NCBI GenBank assembly: GCA_964416765.1
Contig: CAYQEU010000001.1
Location: 1,675 to 65,674, forward strand
DNA length: 64,000 bases
Reading direction: 5' to 3'
Source: an uncultured Candidatus Saccharibacteria bacterium
Lineage (GTDB): Bacteria; Patescibacteriota; Doudnabacteria; UBA920
Part shown: piece by piece, positions 52,225 through 63,268 of the stretch
Numbering within the stretch: the stretch's first letter is position 1
Layout: each line of letters begins with the position of its first letter
The notes under the pieces: generated by a model
Database searches by the model: none
The model's input: the letters and a program-made list of their open reading frames with translations, nothing else
Told to the model about the DNA's origin: nothing
Made by a program: the position numbers and the translations under genes

Positions 52225-52348
52225 GCTGGGGCCCGGCAAATCTTAACAGATATGCCGGGCTCTTGATTCATCCTGAAAAATGTGATACTCTTGCACCTAG
52301 TTTGCGTCATATTTAGACACGCTATTTTCTGAAATTAAACAACAATAC

Positions 52349-55189
52349 ATGGCAAATTCCGACAAAATAATTATCCGCGGCGCGCGCCAGCATAACCTGA
52401 AAAATGTTGATTTGGATTTGCCGCGAAATAAGCTGATTGTGATGACCGGCCTTTCGGGATCCGGTAAATCATCTCTGGCTTTTGACACTATTTACGCCGA
52501 AGGTCAGCGTCGTTATGTGGAATCTCTTTCCGCTTACGCCCGCCAGTTCATCGGCCTCATGGACAAGCCGGACGTGGACAAGATTGAAGGTTTGTCCCCG
52601 GCAATTTCGATTGACCAAAAAAGCGCGTCCCATAACCCCCGTTCCACCGTGGGTACCGTAACCGAAATTTACGATTACCTCCGCTTGCTTTACGCGCGCA
52701 TAGGCATCCCGCACTGTCCGGTTTGCGGACGTAAGATTTCGGGCCAAACCCTCCAGTCCATGGTTGACCATTTACTCGGCCTGCCCAAAGATACTCGTGT
52801 CATTTTGCTGGCCCCTTTCGTACGGGACCAGAAAGGCGAGCATAAATTAGTGTTTGACCAAGCCAAAAAAGCCGGCTTCTCGCGCGTTCGCGTGGACGGC
52901 GCCATTATGGATTTGAACGAAGCTCAGCGCCTGAATTTGGATAAACAGAAGAAGCACAGTATCGACGTTGTAGTAGACCGCGTGACCATAGACAAAGAAG
53001 AAAAGGGGCGCATTTCCGAAAGTTTGGAAAAGGCTTTAGACCTGGGTGACCAGTTGGCCATTGCTCTGATAGGGGACAAGAATCCCAAAGAAATGATGTT
53101 ATCCCAGAAATTTGCCTGTCCGCAGGGCCATGATGTTTCCTTAACCGAGCTGGACCCCCGTGACTTTTCCTTTAACAGCCCGCATGGCGCCTGCCCGGAT
53201 TGTAAGGGGCTTGGCACCAAGCTTACTATTGAGCCTGACCTTGTAATTCCAAACCCACGGCTGACCCTGGCCGAGGGAGCGGTACGCCCGTGGAGCAAAA
53301 CCACGTCGCGCTTGTCGTGGTATATGCGGGTGTTAAACGCGGTAGCCAAGGAATACGGTTTCTCCACCGATGTCCCCGTGCAGGAACTTCCCAAGAAATA
53401 TATTGATGTCGTCCTGTATGGTACCGGAGACCGTCGCGTTCGCGTACCTGGCGAAAACGCATTTAGCTCTGGCTATGACGCCAAATTTGAAGGGGTGATC
53501 CCTAACCTGGAGCGCCGCTATAAAGAAACCGATTCGGACTACATGCGTGGTGAAATTGAAAATTACATGCGCATCCGCACCTGCCAAACCTGCCAAGGCA
53601 AGCGTTTGAAGCCGGAAGTGGTCGCGGTTACCGTCAATGACGCCAGTATTGTGGATGTATCGCAAATGACCATTGAAGCGGCTGCTGAGTTTTTCAACCA
53701 GCTGCCTAAAAAGCTTTCGGCCAAAGAAACCACAATCGCGCGTTTGATTTTGAAGGAAATCGTGGCGCGACTGTCGTTCCTTTTGAACGTGGGGTTGTCC
53801 TACCTGTCCCTGGACCGGGGAGCCGACACTTTGTCCGGCGGGGAAGCCCAGCGCATCCGTTTGGCCACGCAGATCGGTTCGGGCCTCACCGGCGTGCTCT
53901 ATATATTAGATGAACCGTCCATTGGTTTGCACCAGCGCGACAATGGCCGCCTGTTAAAGACCCTTAAAGAATTGCGGGACCTCGGCAATACTGTCATTGT
54001 GGTTGAACATGATGAAGAAACCATTCGGGAATCGGATTGGGTAGTTGATATCGGTCCTGGTGCCGGAAACAATGGGGGACACGTTGTGGCGGAAGGCACT
54101 CCGGCACAGATAGTGAAGAGTAAAGATTCCATAACCGGCCAGTTTCTATCGGGTAAAGAAACCATTGAAGTACCGAAGCGCCGCCGCAGCGGCAACGGCA
54201 AGAAGCTGTCCATTGTGGGCGCTTCAGAGTTCAACCTAAAAGACATAACCGTTGATATCCCGCTCGGCAAGTTTGTTTGCCTTACCGGCATGTCCGGCTC
54301 GGGGAAGTCCACGCTGCTAAATGACATTTTGGCAAAATCATTGTCACAGTATTTCTATAACAGCAAGGACCAACCGGGAGCCCACAAAAAAATCTTGGGT
54401 ATTGACCACATCGATAAGATTATCGACATTGACCAGTCGCCGATTGGCCGCACGCCCCGTTCCAACCCAGCCACTTACACAGGCGTTTTTACCTTTATTC
54501 GTGATCTGTTTGCCGAAACCAAGGAAGCGAAGATGAAAGGATACAAATCAGGACGGTTCAGCTTTAACGTTAAGGGCGGGCGGTGTGAAAAATGTTCCGG
54601 TGATGGCGTGTTACGCGTGGAAATGAACTTCTTGCCGGACGTCTATATCACTTGTGAAGAATGCCACGGCAAACGCTACAACCGGGAAGCTTTGGAAATC
54701 CATTACAAAGACAAGACTATCGCCGACGTGTTGGAAATGACGGTAGACGAAGCCCGCATTTTCTTTGCTCACATCCCGAGCATAAAGCGCAAGTTGGATA
54801 CCTTGTCGGAAGTAGGGTTGGGCTACATGCATTTGGGACAAAACGCCACGACTTTGTCGGGTGGTGAAGCCCAGCGCATTAAGCTGGCCAGCGAATTATC
54901 ACGCGCTTCCACCGGCCGCACCCTTTACATACTTGATGAACCCACGACGGGCTTGCACTTTGCCGACGTTAAACGTTTGATCGCGGTATTAAACCGTTTG
55001 GTGGAAAAGGGTAATACCGTGGTGGTAATTGAACATAACCTCGACATGATTAAAACCTCAGACTGGATAGTCGACATGGGTCCGGAAGGCGGGGATAAGG
55101 GTGGCGAAATAGTGGCCGCCGGTACCCCGGAAGACGTGGCCAAAGTAAAACGCAGTTATACTGGTCAGTACCTAAAAAACATACTGTAG
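52349..55189 (+). CDS. uvrA: Excinuclease ABC subunit A.
   Basis: Two ABC ATPase modules ([12 protein letters not shown]; [13 protein letters not shown]), zinc-finger CxxC pairs, and signature LSGGEAQRI twice. Confidence 0.95.
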   Translation: MANSDKIIIRGARQHNLKNVDLDLPRNKLIVMTGLSGSGKSSLAFDTIYAEGQRRYVESLSAYARQFIGLMDKPDVDKIEGLSPAISIDQKSASHNPRSTVGTVTEIYDYLRLLYARIGIPHCPVCGRKISGQTLQSMVDHLLGLPKDTRVILLAPFVRDQKGEHKLVFDQAKKAGFSRVRVDGAIMDLNEAQRLNLDKQKKHSIDVVVDRVTIDKEEKGRISESLEKALDLGDQLAIALIGDKNPKEMMLSQKFACPQGHDVSLTELDPRDFSFNSPHGACPDCKGLGTKLTIEPDLVIPNPRLTLAEGAVRPWSKTTSRLSWYMRVLNAVAKEYGFSTDVPVQELPKKYIDVVLYGTGDRRVRVPGENAFSSGYDAKFEGVIPNLERRYKETDSDYMRGEIENYMRIRTCQTCQGKRLKPEVVAVTVNDASIVDVSQMTIEAAAEFFNQLPKKLSAKETTIARLILKEIVARLSFLLNVGLSYLSLDRGADTLSGGEAQRIRLATQIGSGLTGVLYILDEPSIGLHQRDNGRLLKTLKELRDLGNTVIVVEHDEETIRESDWVVDIGPGAGNNGGHVVAEGTPAQIVKSKDSITGQFLSGKETIEVPKRRRSGNGKKLSIVGASEFNLKDITVDIPLGKFVCLTGMSGSGKSTLLNDILAKSLSQYFYNSKDQPGAHKKILGIDHIDKIIDIDQSPIGRTPRSNPATYTGVFTFIRDLFAETKEAKMKGYKSGRFSFNVKGGRCEKCSGDGVLRVEMNFLPDVYITCEECHGKRYNREALEIHYKDKTIADVLEMTVDEARIFFAHIPSIKRKLDTLSEVGLGYMHLGQNATTLSGGEAQRIKLASELSRASTGRTLYILDEPTTGLHFADVKRLIAVLNRLVEKGNTVVVIEHNLDMIKTSDWIVDMGPEGGDKGGEIVAAGTPEDVAKVKRSYTGQYLKNIL

Positions 55190-55190
55190 A

Positions 55191-55214
55191 AAAACCCGCC
55201 ACCCGGCGGGTTTT
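55191..55214 (+). terminator. Intrinsic terminator AAAACCCGCC-ACCC-GGCGGGTTTT after uvrA.
   Basis: Perfect GC-rich stem plus a T-run, 2 nt after the stop. Confidence 0.8.
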
Positions 55215-55290
55215 AAAATGCAACATAATCAGTATAAATGCGATATATTAGTAGAAGGTTTTAGCAAGCTTTTTTGTTATCTGCTTATTT

Positions 55291-57516
55291 ATGATTACTG
55301 ATTCAGCTAAGGCTTCAATTGTATTTATTTCAACCTACCCTTCACGTAAGTGTGGCATAGCCACTTTTACTCAGGACCTGGCCAATGCATTTGACTCCTT
55401 ATTTATGCCGGGGATAGAGTCAAAAGTTGTGGCCATGTCTGACAATCCCACCGAGCCCTATATCTATGATGACAGGGTGCTTTTTGAGATTGAACAAGAC
55501 AATGAATATTCCTACAAACAGGCTGCCGAAAAATTGAATGCCATGCCGGAGGTACAGCTCGTCTCCGTGCAGCATGAATTTGGGATTTACGGCGGTGAAT
55601 TGGGCCAGCACTTGCTGGTGTTTTTGGAGAATCTCACCAAACCCGCAGTTCTTACTCTTCATACGGTCCTGCCAAGCCCTACTCTCGCAATGAAAAAAAT
55701 AGTGGAGCAGTTGGCAGCGCAAGTTCGTGAGCTGGTTGTCATGACCCATTCTTCCTACCAGGTGCTTCGTCATGATTATAATCTGCCACATACTCCGATT
55801 AGAATAATTCCCCATGGTCTGCACGCAACGGAATATACTGTACCGGAAGAGCATAAACACGCAATTGGTCTGGAAGGGAAGAAAGTCTTGGCGACATTCG
55901 GTTTTGTAAGTCGGAGCAAAGGTTTGGAATATGTTCTCCAGGCCATGCCCAAAGTTATCGATAGCCATCCCGAAGCTATTTACGCCATAATTGGCGCGAC
56001 CCATCCTCACGTATTGCGCCAGGAGGGCGAAGCTTACCGCGAGTTTTTGGAACAAACAGTCAATGACTTAGGTCTCCAAAATAATGTCCGCTTTTACAAT
56101 GAGTATATGCCCACCAGCGATCTGTTGAATTTTTTTAAGGGTATGGATATATATATTGGCACTTCCACCAACCCTGACCAGGCGGTTTCTGGCACTTTGA
56201 CCTATGCGCTGGGTTCTGGTCGCCCCGTTGTATCCACCTCCTTCTCTCAATCCCGGGAACTTATTACCGATGAGGTGGGTCGCATAGTTCCCATTGGCTC
56301 CCCTGAAAGTTACGCCAAGGCATTATGTGAACTACTGGAGGATGAAAACCTGACCAAGGAAATGGGGAAAGAAGCATATGTAAAAACTCGTTCCATGACA
56401 TGGCCTAACGTAGCCATGGCGTATATGCAAATGTTTGGTTCCCAAGTCCCGGATTTGAGGGCGACTAACCGCACTTTGCCAGCGGTTAAGCTTGATCATC
56501 TCAGACGCATGACCGACGAGTTTGGCATGTTTCAATTTGCAGTTCATACAACACCGGATCCTGATTCAGGCTACACTGTAGATGACAACGCTCGGGCCTT
56601 GGTTGCCGCATGTCTGTATGGCCAAACTCCAAATGCTTCTGGGGAAGCGGAGCAACTGGCCAGGGTTTACCTGAACTTTATCGAACACGTGAAGATGGAA
56701 AACGGCCAGTATCATAATTATGTAAACAGCGACCATAGCGTTAACGTGGAACGGGATACAAAGGAAGGAGTACAAGATCCTACCGGACGGGCCCTCTGGG
56801 GTTTGGCAACTGCCGCTACCAGCCCATTTTTAAGCGAGGAGCTCCGAGAAAAAGCAAGAGCTATGTTCCGCCATAGCTTGGAACAAAAAGTTAGATTTAC
56901 TGATTTAAAAACTTTGGGCTTTTTTTGCAAAGCCTTAGGTTTATGGCTGCTGGATAACCCCGATGACCAACTCGCGACCCAAGCCCTAAAGGAATCGGTG
57001 CAAATTATTACCGATGCATATCTTCAACACGCTCAGCCTGACTGGCCATGGTTTGGGGATCAGCTAAATTATTCCAACGCGTTGCTCCCCGAGGCTTTGC
57101 TTTGGGCATACCAGATTTTGGGTGATCAGCAGCTTTATGATATTGCAGAAACAACTGTGGAATTTTTAATTTCCCAAACATTTCTGGGGCACATATACGT
57201 ACCGATTGGGCAGAATGGGTGGTATACGAAAGGCAAGGCAAGAGCCTTATATGACCAACAGCCAGAAGACCCGTGTGCCATGGTTCAAGCATTGCGAAAA
57301 ATGTACGACTTAACAAAAAATCCCCGCTACCGCATGTTGATGCGCCGGGCATTCTTTTGGTTCCTCGGGAACAATTTACCCGACCAGATTATTTATGATG
57401 AAGGCAGCGGCGGTTGTTATGATGGATTGCATGAGCATTCCATTAACCTAAACCAAGGGGCGGAGTCTACAGTATCTTATCTAATCGCCCGCCTGTTAGT
57501 CGGCCAACCAGACTAG
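55291..57516 (+). CDS. Fusion protein: an N-terminal GT4-family (group 1) glycosyltransferase plus a C-terminal domain of about 350 aa that is uncharacterized and possibly alpha/alpha-barrel glycoside-hydrolase-like.
   Basis: GT-B fold motifs over about the first 390 aa, with the E-x7-E-like region ...GTSTNPDQAVSGTLTYALGSGRPVV. The C-terminal half is helix-rich with W/Y/D-rich motifs (PDWPWFGDQLNYSNALLPEALLWAY). Confidence 0.7.
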   Translation: MITDSAKASIVFISTYPSRKCGIATFTQDLANAFDSLFMPGIESKVVAMSDNPTEPYIYDDRVLFEIEQDNEYSYKQAAEKLNAMPEVQLVSVQHEFGIYGGELGQHLLVFLENLTKPAVLTLHTVLPSPTLAMKKIVEQLAAQVRELVVMTHSSYQVLRHDYNLPHTPIRIIPHGLHATEYTVPEEHKHAIGLEGKKVLATFGFVSRSKGLEYVLQAMPKVIDSHPEAIYAIIGATHPHVLRQEGEAYREFLEQTVNDLGLQNNVRFYNEYMPTSDLLNFFKGMDIYIGTSTNPDQAVSGTLTYALGSGRPVVSTSFSQSRELITDEVGRIVPIGSPESYAKALCELLEDENLTKEMGKEAYVKTRSMTWPNVAMAYMQMFGSQVPDLRATNRTLPAVKLDHLRRMTDEFGMFQFAVHTTPDPDSGYTVDDNARALVAACLYGQTPNASGEAEQLARVYLNFIEHVKMENGQYHNYVNSDHSVNVERDTKEGVQDPTGRALWGLATAATSPFLSEELREKARAMFRHSLEQKVRFTDLKTLGFFCKALGLWLLDNPDDQLATQALKESVQIITDAYLQHAQPDWPWFGDQLNYSNALLPEALLWAYQILGDQQLYDIAETTVEFLISQTFLGHIYVPIGQNGWYTKGKARALYDQQPEDPCAMVQALRKMYDLTKNPRYRMLMRRAFFWFLGNNLPDQIIYDEGSGGCYDGLHEHSINLNQGAESTVSYLIARLLVGQPD

Positions 57517-58540
57517 TTCCGTTTCGGTACTGGGCGAAAAATGGGTTTGGACACCGCAGCACTCCCGTGGTGGTGTCGCTTAAACCGCCATAGAGCCATG
57601 CGCGTGCGCGGTTCAGCCTGTTTATGACAATGCGGGAAGGGAACAAAACTTCCTTGAGGTCATCTTCGCTTTCGCAATCGGGGAGGATTTTAACGGGACT
57701 TTCGGGGAAAGCCTGGCGGGTAGCCAATACCTTTTTGTCCGTAATATTCCCATTTTCAGGATCATAAATAAAAGTTGCTGCGTTGTAGAAACGTTTGGTT
57801 CCTTCAGCTCGGGCAATGTGGTACAACACCCCAACCTTGCCATTCGGAAGCAGGTAAAGGTCGTTTACCCCCGCCCATTCTCCATCGGCACACAGAGTTC
57901 CCAGTATGGGGGCGTTGTTGATGCTGTCGGGGTTGAGGTCCTCGAGCGCGTCTAAAATAGTAACCGCCACTTTACCGCGTCCCGCTTCACCTCCCTGGGG
58001 ACGGGTGAATACCAGGATTTTTTTCGGTTTGTCCCCGCGAGCAGGCAAACCAATCAGGCGAATATCCTTCATTCCCACTGGTCCGTGCCGAAACTCCTGC
58101 AGATTGTAAATGTTGGTTCCCCGGTAAAAGACAGTAAGGTAGCTGTAAATAAAACCGGTTTCGTCACGGAGGGTTTTAACCCCACCTATTATAAGCTGAT
58201 CGTCAACCCATGACTGGAACGGATCCTCGAGTTCGAATACCGGCGCGATAGGGTCAAGCTCCCACGTTTTGGGAGCAACCTTTCGGAAAAACATGGTTAG
58301 AGCATCTTGGTGACCACGCGATTCTACCCGTGCCGCAATGTACTCTTGGTCTCCGACCGAAAATGGTCCTGAAGTGTTGTAAACATCCTTGGACCCAGAT
58401 CCAATAAATTTTACGAATTCTCCCTTAGGCAAACCAAAAGTACCGCGAACGTGGCTGAGTGCCGAATTGTATATAGTTTCCGGCATGTGAGGGGTGCTTT
58501 TTATTCCCCTAACTAGTTTGTCAGTAAGTTTTTTAGGCAC
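57467..58540 (-). CDS. Hypothetical protein (357 aa), possibly a beta-propeller glycosidase/phosphorylase-like fold. It is convergent with the GT fusion gene, with 50-nt overlapping 3' ends.
   Basis: Long ORF with protein-like composition; the fold assignment is only an inference from beta-rich sequence and genomic context. Confidence 0.5.
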   Translation of the reverse strand: MPKKLTDKLVRGIKSTPHMPETIYNSALSHVRGTFGLPKGEFVKFIGSGSKDVYNTSGPFSVGDQEYIAARVESRGHQDALTMFFRKVAPKTWELDPIAPVFELEDPFQSWVDDQLIIGGVKTLRDETGFIYSYLTVFYRGTNIYNLQEFRHGPVGMKDIRLIGLPARGDKPKKILVFTRPQGGEAGRGKVAVTILDALEDLNPDSINNAPILGTLCADGEWAGVNDLYLLPNGKVGVLYHIARAEGTKRFYNAATFIYDPENGNITDKKVLATRQAFPESPVKILPDCESEDDLKEVLFPSRIVINRLNRARAWLYGGLSDTTTGVLRCPNPFFAQYRNGTSLVGRLTGGRLDKIL

Positions 58541-58616
58541 GGGAGAATTGAGGAATAATATTCCATATTATTTCCAACGTCATTAACAGGTTGGAATTAC
58601 ACTAGAAACGTTCCCG

Positions 58617-59675
58617 TTATCCGAAACTGAATTGGTCGATCTCAAACGGCCAGGTCTGGACTTCAATTTCAATGACATGTTCGCCGTAATCACCGGAATC
58701 AAACAGGGTATAGTTATCAAGTCCTTCCACGGTGACCGGAAGCTGGGTTTTACCATCCACGGTGATTTTTAGGTTGGTCGCGGCTTTGCTATTGGCGCGC
58801 ATGTAAACCTTGGCGGCATCAAATTTCAGCATGATCTTCCCGATGCCGGCCGTTAGGGTTGCCTTTTCATTGTCGAGTTTCCACGTGCCTTCTAAGGCGT
58901 AAGTATTCGTAGATAGATTGGGGGGCAGTTTGTATTTTTTGGGTTTGTTGTCTGGCAGGGTTTCATTGGCAAAATAATCCAAATGTTTTAAGCCAACGGC
59001 AAGGGTGGGTGACCTGACCTGGTTGGGGTCCGAAATCGGCGAAAGCGGCGAAAGCGGGTCTGTTTCCAGCCCGAGCAAAAGCCGGATCGCTTTCTCAGTT
59101 GTTTTAATGCCCCCGTCGCCATAGTGGGTATAGATTATTTTTCCGTCCTGGTTGATGAGGTACATAGCCGGCCAAAACTGGTTTTTGTACGCATTCCAAG
59201 TCGCGTATGCGTTGTCCAGGGCGACCGGGTAATTTATTTGAAACCGGCTAATTACACCTTGGACATTGTCCGCGTTCTTTTCGAACACGTATTCAGGGGT
59301 GTGGACTCCCACTACCGCAAAGCCGTTCTCCTTGTATTTGTCATTCCATTGGTTGAGGGTGGGGAGGTTGTTGATGCAGGAAAAGCAGGAGTAGGTCCAG
59401 AAATTTACCAAAATAACCTTGCCCTGCAAACCGGCAATGGTCTGGGGATCCCCATTTAGCCACTTATCGATTTTTTTGAATTCCGGTGCCGGTCCTAAAT
59501 TTTTGAAAGTTACCCGACCGGGGCGGTCGCCGTTTAGATCCTGGTTTTCGTCGGTACCGGAAGACTGCCCTTGTTTAAGCGGATAGGGGAGTTGGTTATG
59601 AGCGCGCAAATAAAAATAAGTCCCGGCGATCCCAAGCAATACGACAACTATAATAATGTAGATCCATTTCATCAT
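58617..59675 (-). CDS. Membrane-anchored thioredoxin-fold thiol:disulfide oxidoreductase (TlpA/redoxin-like) with a C-terminal beta-rich domain.
   Basis: N-terminal TM segment, redoxin motif VNFWTYSCFSCINNLPTL (CxxC), and a following domain of about 150 aa. Confidence 0.75.
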   Translation of the reverse strand: MMKWIYIIIVVVLLGIAGTYFYLRAHNQLPYPLKQGQSSGTDENQDLNGDRPGRVTFKNLGPAPEFKKIDKWLNGDPQTIAGLQGKVILVNFWTYSCFSCINNLPTLNQWNDKYKENGFAVVGVHTPEYVFEKNADNVQGVISRFQINYPVALDNAYATWNAYKNQFWPAMYLINQDGKIIYTHYGDGGIKTTEKAIRLLLGLETDPLSPLSPISDPNQVRSPTLAVGLKHLDYFANETLPDNKPKKYKLPPNLSTNTYALEGTWKLDNEKATLTAGIGKIMLKFDAAKVYMRANSKAATNLKITVDGKTQLPVTVEGLDNYTLFDSGDYGEHVIEIEVQTWPFEIDQFSFG

Positions 59676-59702
59676 TTCGCTTTATTATACCACTTATTTT
59701 GG

Positions 59703-59729
59703 TTAGCACTCTCCTTGACAGAGTGCTAA
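59703..59729 (+). promoter_or_regulatory. CIRCE element (HrcA operator): TTAGCACTC-N9-GAGTGCTAA.
   Basis: Perfect match to the canonical CIRCE inverted repeat, immediately upstream of hrcA-grpE-dnaK. Confidence 0.9.
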
Positions 59730-59743
59730 TTTTTGTTTATCAT
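59715..59743 (+). promoter_or_regulatory. Promoter TTGACA, 17-nt spacer, TATCAT embedded in CIRCE. The -10 ends 6 nt before the hrcA ATG, so the mRNA is probably leaderless.
   Basis: TTGACA at 59715-59720 inside the CIRCE spacer, TATCAT at 59738-59743, ATG at 59750. Confidence 0.6.
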
Positions 59744-59749
59744 CCAAAT

Positions 59750-60505
59750 ATGCAAAAAGCATCTGCCCCAAGCTCCCGCCAAGCGAAAATCTTGGCTGCT
59801 ATCGTGAAGTTGAACTGCGAAACCGGCCAACCGGTTGCCAGCCGCGACTTGGTGGAGAAATATAATTTTGATATTAGCTCCGCCACGATCCGCAACGAAA
59901 TGGCAGCACTGGAAAAAGCCGGTTACATTATGCAGCCCCACACTTCCGCCGGGCGAGTCCCGACTGACGAAGGGTTCCGCTATTTTGTGAACCAGCTTAT
60001 GCACCAGGTAAAGCTTACCGTCCGGGAGCAGGAGAACCTGCGCCGGGAAATAGTAAAGCTTCAAGTGGTTAACGCTGAAATCGGACGACGTTTGGCCAAA
60101 ATGCTGGCCAGCAACAGCGGCCAGGCTTCATTTGCTATCCTTCCTGAGGATGTTTCCGCGGTTGGCATGTCTAATCTGCTCAGCCAGGAAAACATTCCGG
60201 CGGAAGATGCCCGGGAAATAGCCAAATTCTTTGATCAGCTCGATGAATACGCCGACATGCTTGTCGACCAGTACGGTGACAAAGAGCCAGAAGCGTTTAT
60301 CGGCAAGGAGCTGAAACTTTCCAAGACTTCAGACTACTCCATGATTGTTTCCGGGCTAAAGCTTCCATCCGGCAAAAAGGGGGTTATCGGCCTCATCGGC
60401 CCCAAGAGCATGGAATATCCCAAAAATATTTCCCTGCTGGAATATATTTCCAAATTGATGGGCGGAGGAATGGCCGTGATTATAATGATTCACTTAATTA
60501 AATAA
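59750..60505 (+). CDS. hrcA: Heat-inducible transcription repressor HrcA.
   Basis: N-terminal winged-helix region, and the HTSAGRVPTDEGFRYFVNQL signature. Confidence 0.9.
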   Translation: MQKASAPSSRQAKILAAIVKLNCETGQPVASRDLVEKYNFDISSATIRNEMAALEKAGYIMQPHTSAGRVPTDEGFRYFVNQLMHQVKLTVREQENLRREIVKLQVVNAEIGRRLAKMLASNSGQASFAILPEDVSAVGMSNLLSQENIPAEDAREIAKFFDQLDEYADMLVDQYGDKEPEAFIGKELKLSKTSDYSMIVSGLKLPSGKKGVIGLIGPKSMEYPKNISLLEYISKLMGGGMAVIIMIHLIK

Positions 60506-60510
60506 TATAG

Positions 60511-61032
60511 ATGGACAAAAACGACGAGATTGAGGACATGGAAATGTCTGCCGGGGACGCGGAACACTCTTTGGAAGAGTTAGCCCAGCGCTTGGCCGAG
60601 GTCCAGGAAGAAGCCCAGACCAATTTGTCGGGTTGGCAGAGAAGCCAGGCAGACTTTGAGAACTATAAGCGGCGCAAAGAGAACGAGAACCAGGAATTAG
60701 TTGAATTCGCCCGCGAAGTTACCGTGGCAAAGCTGTTACCAACGCTAGACAGCTTAGAACAAGCCCTCCGCCACATGCCCGAAGGCATTGATGAAAAGTG
60801 GAAGAATGGCGTGCTCGGCACGCTCCAGCAGTTGGATAAAGCTTTAGCCGAACTGGGCGTAAAGAAAATTGAAGCCCTGGGAAAAAAGTTCGACCCGAAT
60901 TTCCATGAAGCAGTCCAGGAAGTGCCAGGCGAAGAGGATGGGGTGGTCACCCAAGAATTCATGACCGGTTATGAGATTAACGGCAAGGTTATAAGGCCAA
61001 GCCAAGTAGCAATAAGTAAGAAAGGAAATTAA
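60511..61032 (+). CDS. grpE: Nucleotide exchange factor GrpE.
   Basis: [38 protein letters not shown] plus a C-terminal beta-domain. Confidence 0.9.
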   Translation: MDKNDEIEDMEMSAGDAEHSLEELAQRLAEVQEEAQTNLSGWQRSQADFENYKRRKENENQELVEFAREVTVAKLLPTLDSLEQALRHMPEGIDEKWKNGVLGTLQQLDKALAELGVKKIEALGKKFDPNFHEAVQEVPGEEDGVVTQEFMTGYEINGKVIRPSQVAISKKGN

Positions 61033-61037
61033 TATAT

Positions 61038-62939
61038 ATGCCAAAAATCATAGGAATTGACTTAGGAACCTCCAACTCAGCAGCGAGCGTCATGGAAGCC
61101 GGCAAGCCGGTTATCATCCCCGCGGCTGAAGGAGCTTCTGTCGGCGGGAAGGCTTTCCCGTCGTATGTAGCCTTCACTAAAGAAGGTGAATTATTAGTAG
61201 GCGAACCAGCTCGCCGCCAGGCAGTAACCAACCCGGAAGGAACCATCTTCGAAGCGAAACGCAAGATGGGAACCACTTTCCGTTACAACATCAACGGAAA
61301 GGAATACTCTCCGGAACAAATCAGCGCTTTCATTTTGCAAAAGATTAAGCGCGATGCCGAAAGTTTCATTGGCGACAAAGTAGAAAAAGCAGTTATTACC
61401 GTACCGGCTTACTTTGACGACGCCCAGCGCCAAGCCACTAAGCAGGCAGGGGAAATTGCCGGACTCGAAGTAGTCCGCGTAATTAATGAACCGACCGCCG
61501 CCGCTTTCGCTTACGGCCTCGACAAGACCGGTGCCTCCGACCAGAAAATTTTAGTGTTCGACCTTGGCGGCGGTACTTTGGACGTAACCATAATGGAATT
61601 CTCCGAAGTAGACGGCCAGGCTACCTTTGAAGTAAAGTCCACTTCCGGTGACACCGCTCTCGGTGGTAAGGACATGGACTCAGCCTTGATTGACTACATC
61701 ACCAATACCTTTAAAGCTGAAAACGGCGTCGATATTACCGCTGACAAGATGGCCATGAACCGTGTCCGTGAAGCCGCTGAAAAGGCCAAGATCGAACTTT
61801 CGACCACTTTGGAAACTGAGATTAACCTGCCGTTCATTACCGCGGACGCCAACGGTCCGAAACACTTGCAGATGAAGATTACCCGCGCAAAGTTGGAAGA
61901 ATTAGTGAAACCTATTTTGGAAAGAATGCGCCACCCGCTGGAACAGGCTTTAAATGACGCCAAGCTGACCCCGCAGAATATTGATAAGATCATTTTGATT
62001 GGTGGTCCGACCCGCATGCCTTCCGTGCAGAAGTTTGTTGAAGACTATATTGGCAAGCAGGTAGAGCGCGGGGTTGACCCAATGGAAGCTGTTGCCAAGG
62101 GCGCTGCCGTGCAGGCTGGCGTACTCGGCGGTGATGTTCAGGGCAAAGAAATCTTGCTGCTCGACGTTACCCCGCTGACCGTTGGTTTGGAAACTTTGGG
62201 TGGAGTAAGAACCCCGATTATCGACCGCAACACAACCATACCGACTTCCAAGTCCCAGACTTTCTCCACCGCGGCTGACAACCAGACGTCCGTGGAAATC
62301 CATGTCCTGCAAGGTGAGCGTGAATTCGCCGCAGACAATAAGTCTCTCGGCCGGTTCATTCTGGATGGCATCCCGCCGGCTCCTCGCGGCATCCCCCAGG
62401 TTGAAGTTACATTTGATATTGACGCTTCCGGTATCTTGACCGTACGCGCCAAAGATAAAGCCACGGGCAAGGAACAGCACATCACCATTCAGGGTTCTTC
62501 CAACCTTTCCAAGGATGAAGTAGAACGCATGAAGAAGGAAGCTGAAGCGCACGCGGAAGAGGACAAACAGCGCAAGGAGACTGTTGAAGTACGTAACCAG
62601 GCAGACACTTTGCTTTCAGTATCAGAAAAGACTTTGAAGGATGCCGGTGACAAAGCCAAGCCAGAAGATAAGACCGCGGTTGAAACCGCGATGGCTGAAT
62701 TGAAGGAAGTTAAGGATAAAGACGACATGGAAGCTATCCGCACGAAAATGCAGGCATTGTCTGACGCTATCCAGAAAGTTGGCGCGGCTATGTATGAAGG
62801 CCAGGAAGGCCAGCAGACTGAAGGCGCCGCTCCAGGAACGGAACAGTCCGCTGGGGATGGTTCCGCAAACGCCGGCTCATCCAATGGAACTGACGGTAAC
62901 CCGGTAGACGCCGAATATAAAGAAGTACCTAAAGAATAA
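61038..62939 (+). CDS. dnaK: Molecular chaperone DnaK (Hsp70).
   Basis: [26 protein letters not shown], a substrate-binding domain and a C-terminal lid. Confidence 0.95.
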   Translation: MPKIIGIDLGTSNSAASVMEAGKPVIIPAAEGASVGGKAFPSYVAFTKEGELLVGEPARRQAVTNPEGTIFEAKRKMGTTFRYNINGKEYSPEQISAFILQKIKRDAESFIGDKVEKAVITVPAYFDDAQRQATKQAGEIAGLEVVRVINEPTAAAFAYGLDKTGASDQKILVFDLGGGTLDVTIMEFSEVDGQATFEVKSTSGDTALGGKDMDSALIDYITNTFKAENGVDITADKMAMNRVREAAEKAKIELSTTLETEINLPFITADANGPKHLQMKITRAKLEELVKPILERMRHPLEQALNDAKLTPQNIDKIILIGGPTRMPSVQKFVEDYIGKQVERGVDPMEAVAKGAAVQAGVLGGDVQGKEILLLDVTPLTVGLETLGGVRTPIIDRNTTIPTSKSQTFSTAADNQTSVEIHVLQGEREFAADNKSLGRFILDGIPPAPRGIPQVEVTFDIDASGILTVRAKDKATGKEQHITIQGSSNLSKDEVERMKKEAEAHAEEDKQRKETVEVRNQADTLLSVSEKTLKDAGDKAKPEDKTAVETAMAELKEVKDKDDMEAIRTKMQALSDAIQKVGAAMYEGQEGQQTEGAAPGTEQSAGDGSANAGSSNGTDGNPVDAEYKEVPKE

Positions 62940-62946
62940 GAAAAGG

Positions 62947-62984
62947 CGAGAACTGTATATGATACAGCTCTCGTCTTCGGTTTT
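62947..62984 (+). terminator. Probable intrinsic terminator after dnaK (12-bp stem with one mismatch, then TCTTCGGTTTT).
   Basis: CGAGAACTGTAT-ATG-ATACAGCTCTCG. Confidence 0.5.
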
Positions 62985-63268
62985 GCGGAAATTACTTTCC
63001 TGAAAAAATTTCCTGAACCGCCTCCGTTAAATTTCTGCCGTTACAACAGTATTTCCAGTAGATTCTTGCTACATGAACTACTGTGATTACAAGCAGAAAG
63101 ATAGAGAAGCAGAGCAGGCCGACCGCCGACCCTGGTCCTAAGACAGGGTCCGTGTAAACGCTAACGCGTGCCAGCCATTCTGACATAATCCTGCCTCCCG
63201 CCGAAACATATAAAACAAGCCCATTATAGAAGATCGTCTAAATAATTACAATACTTAAATAAACTCAT

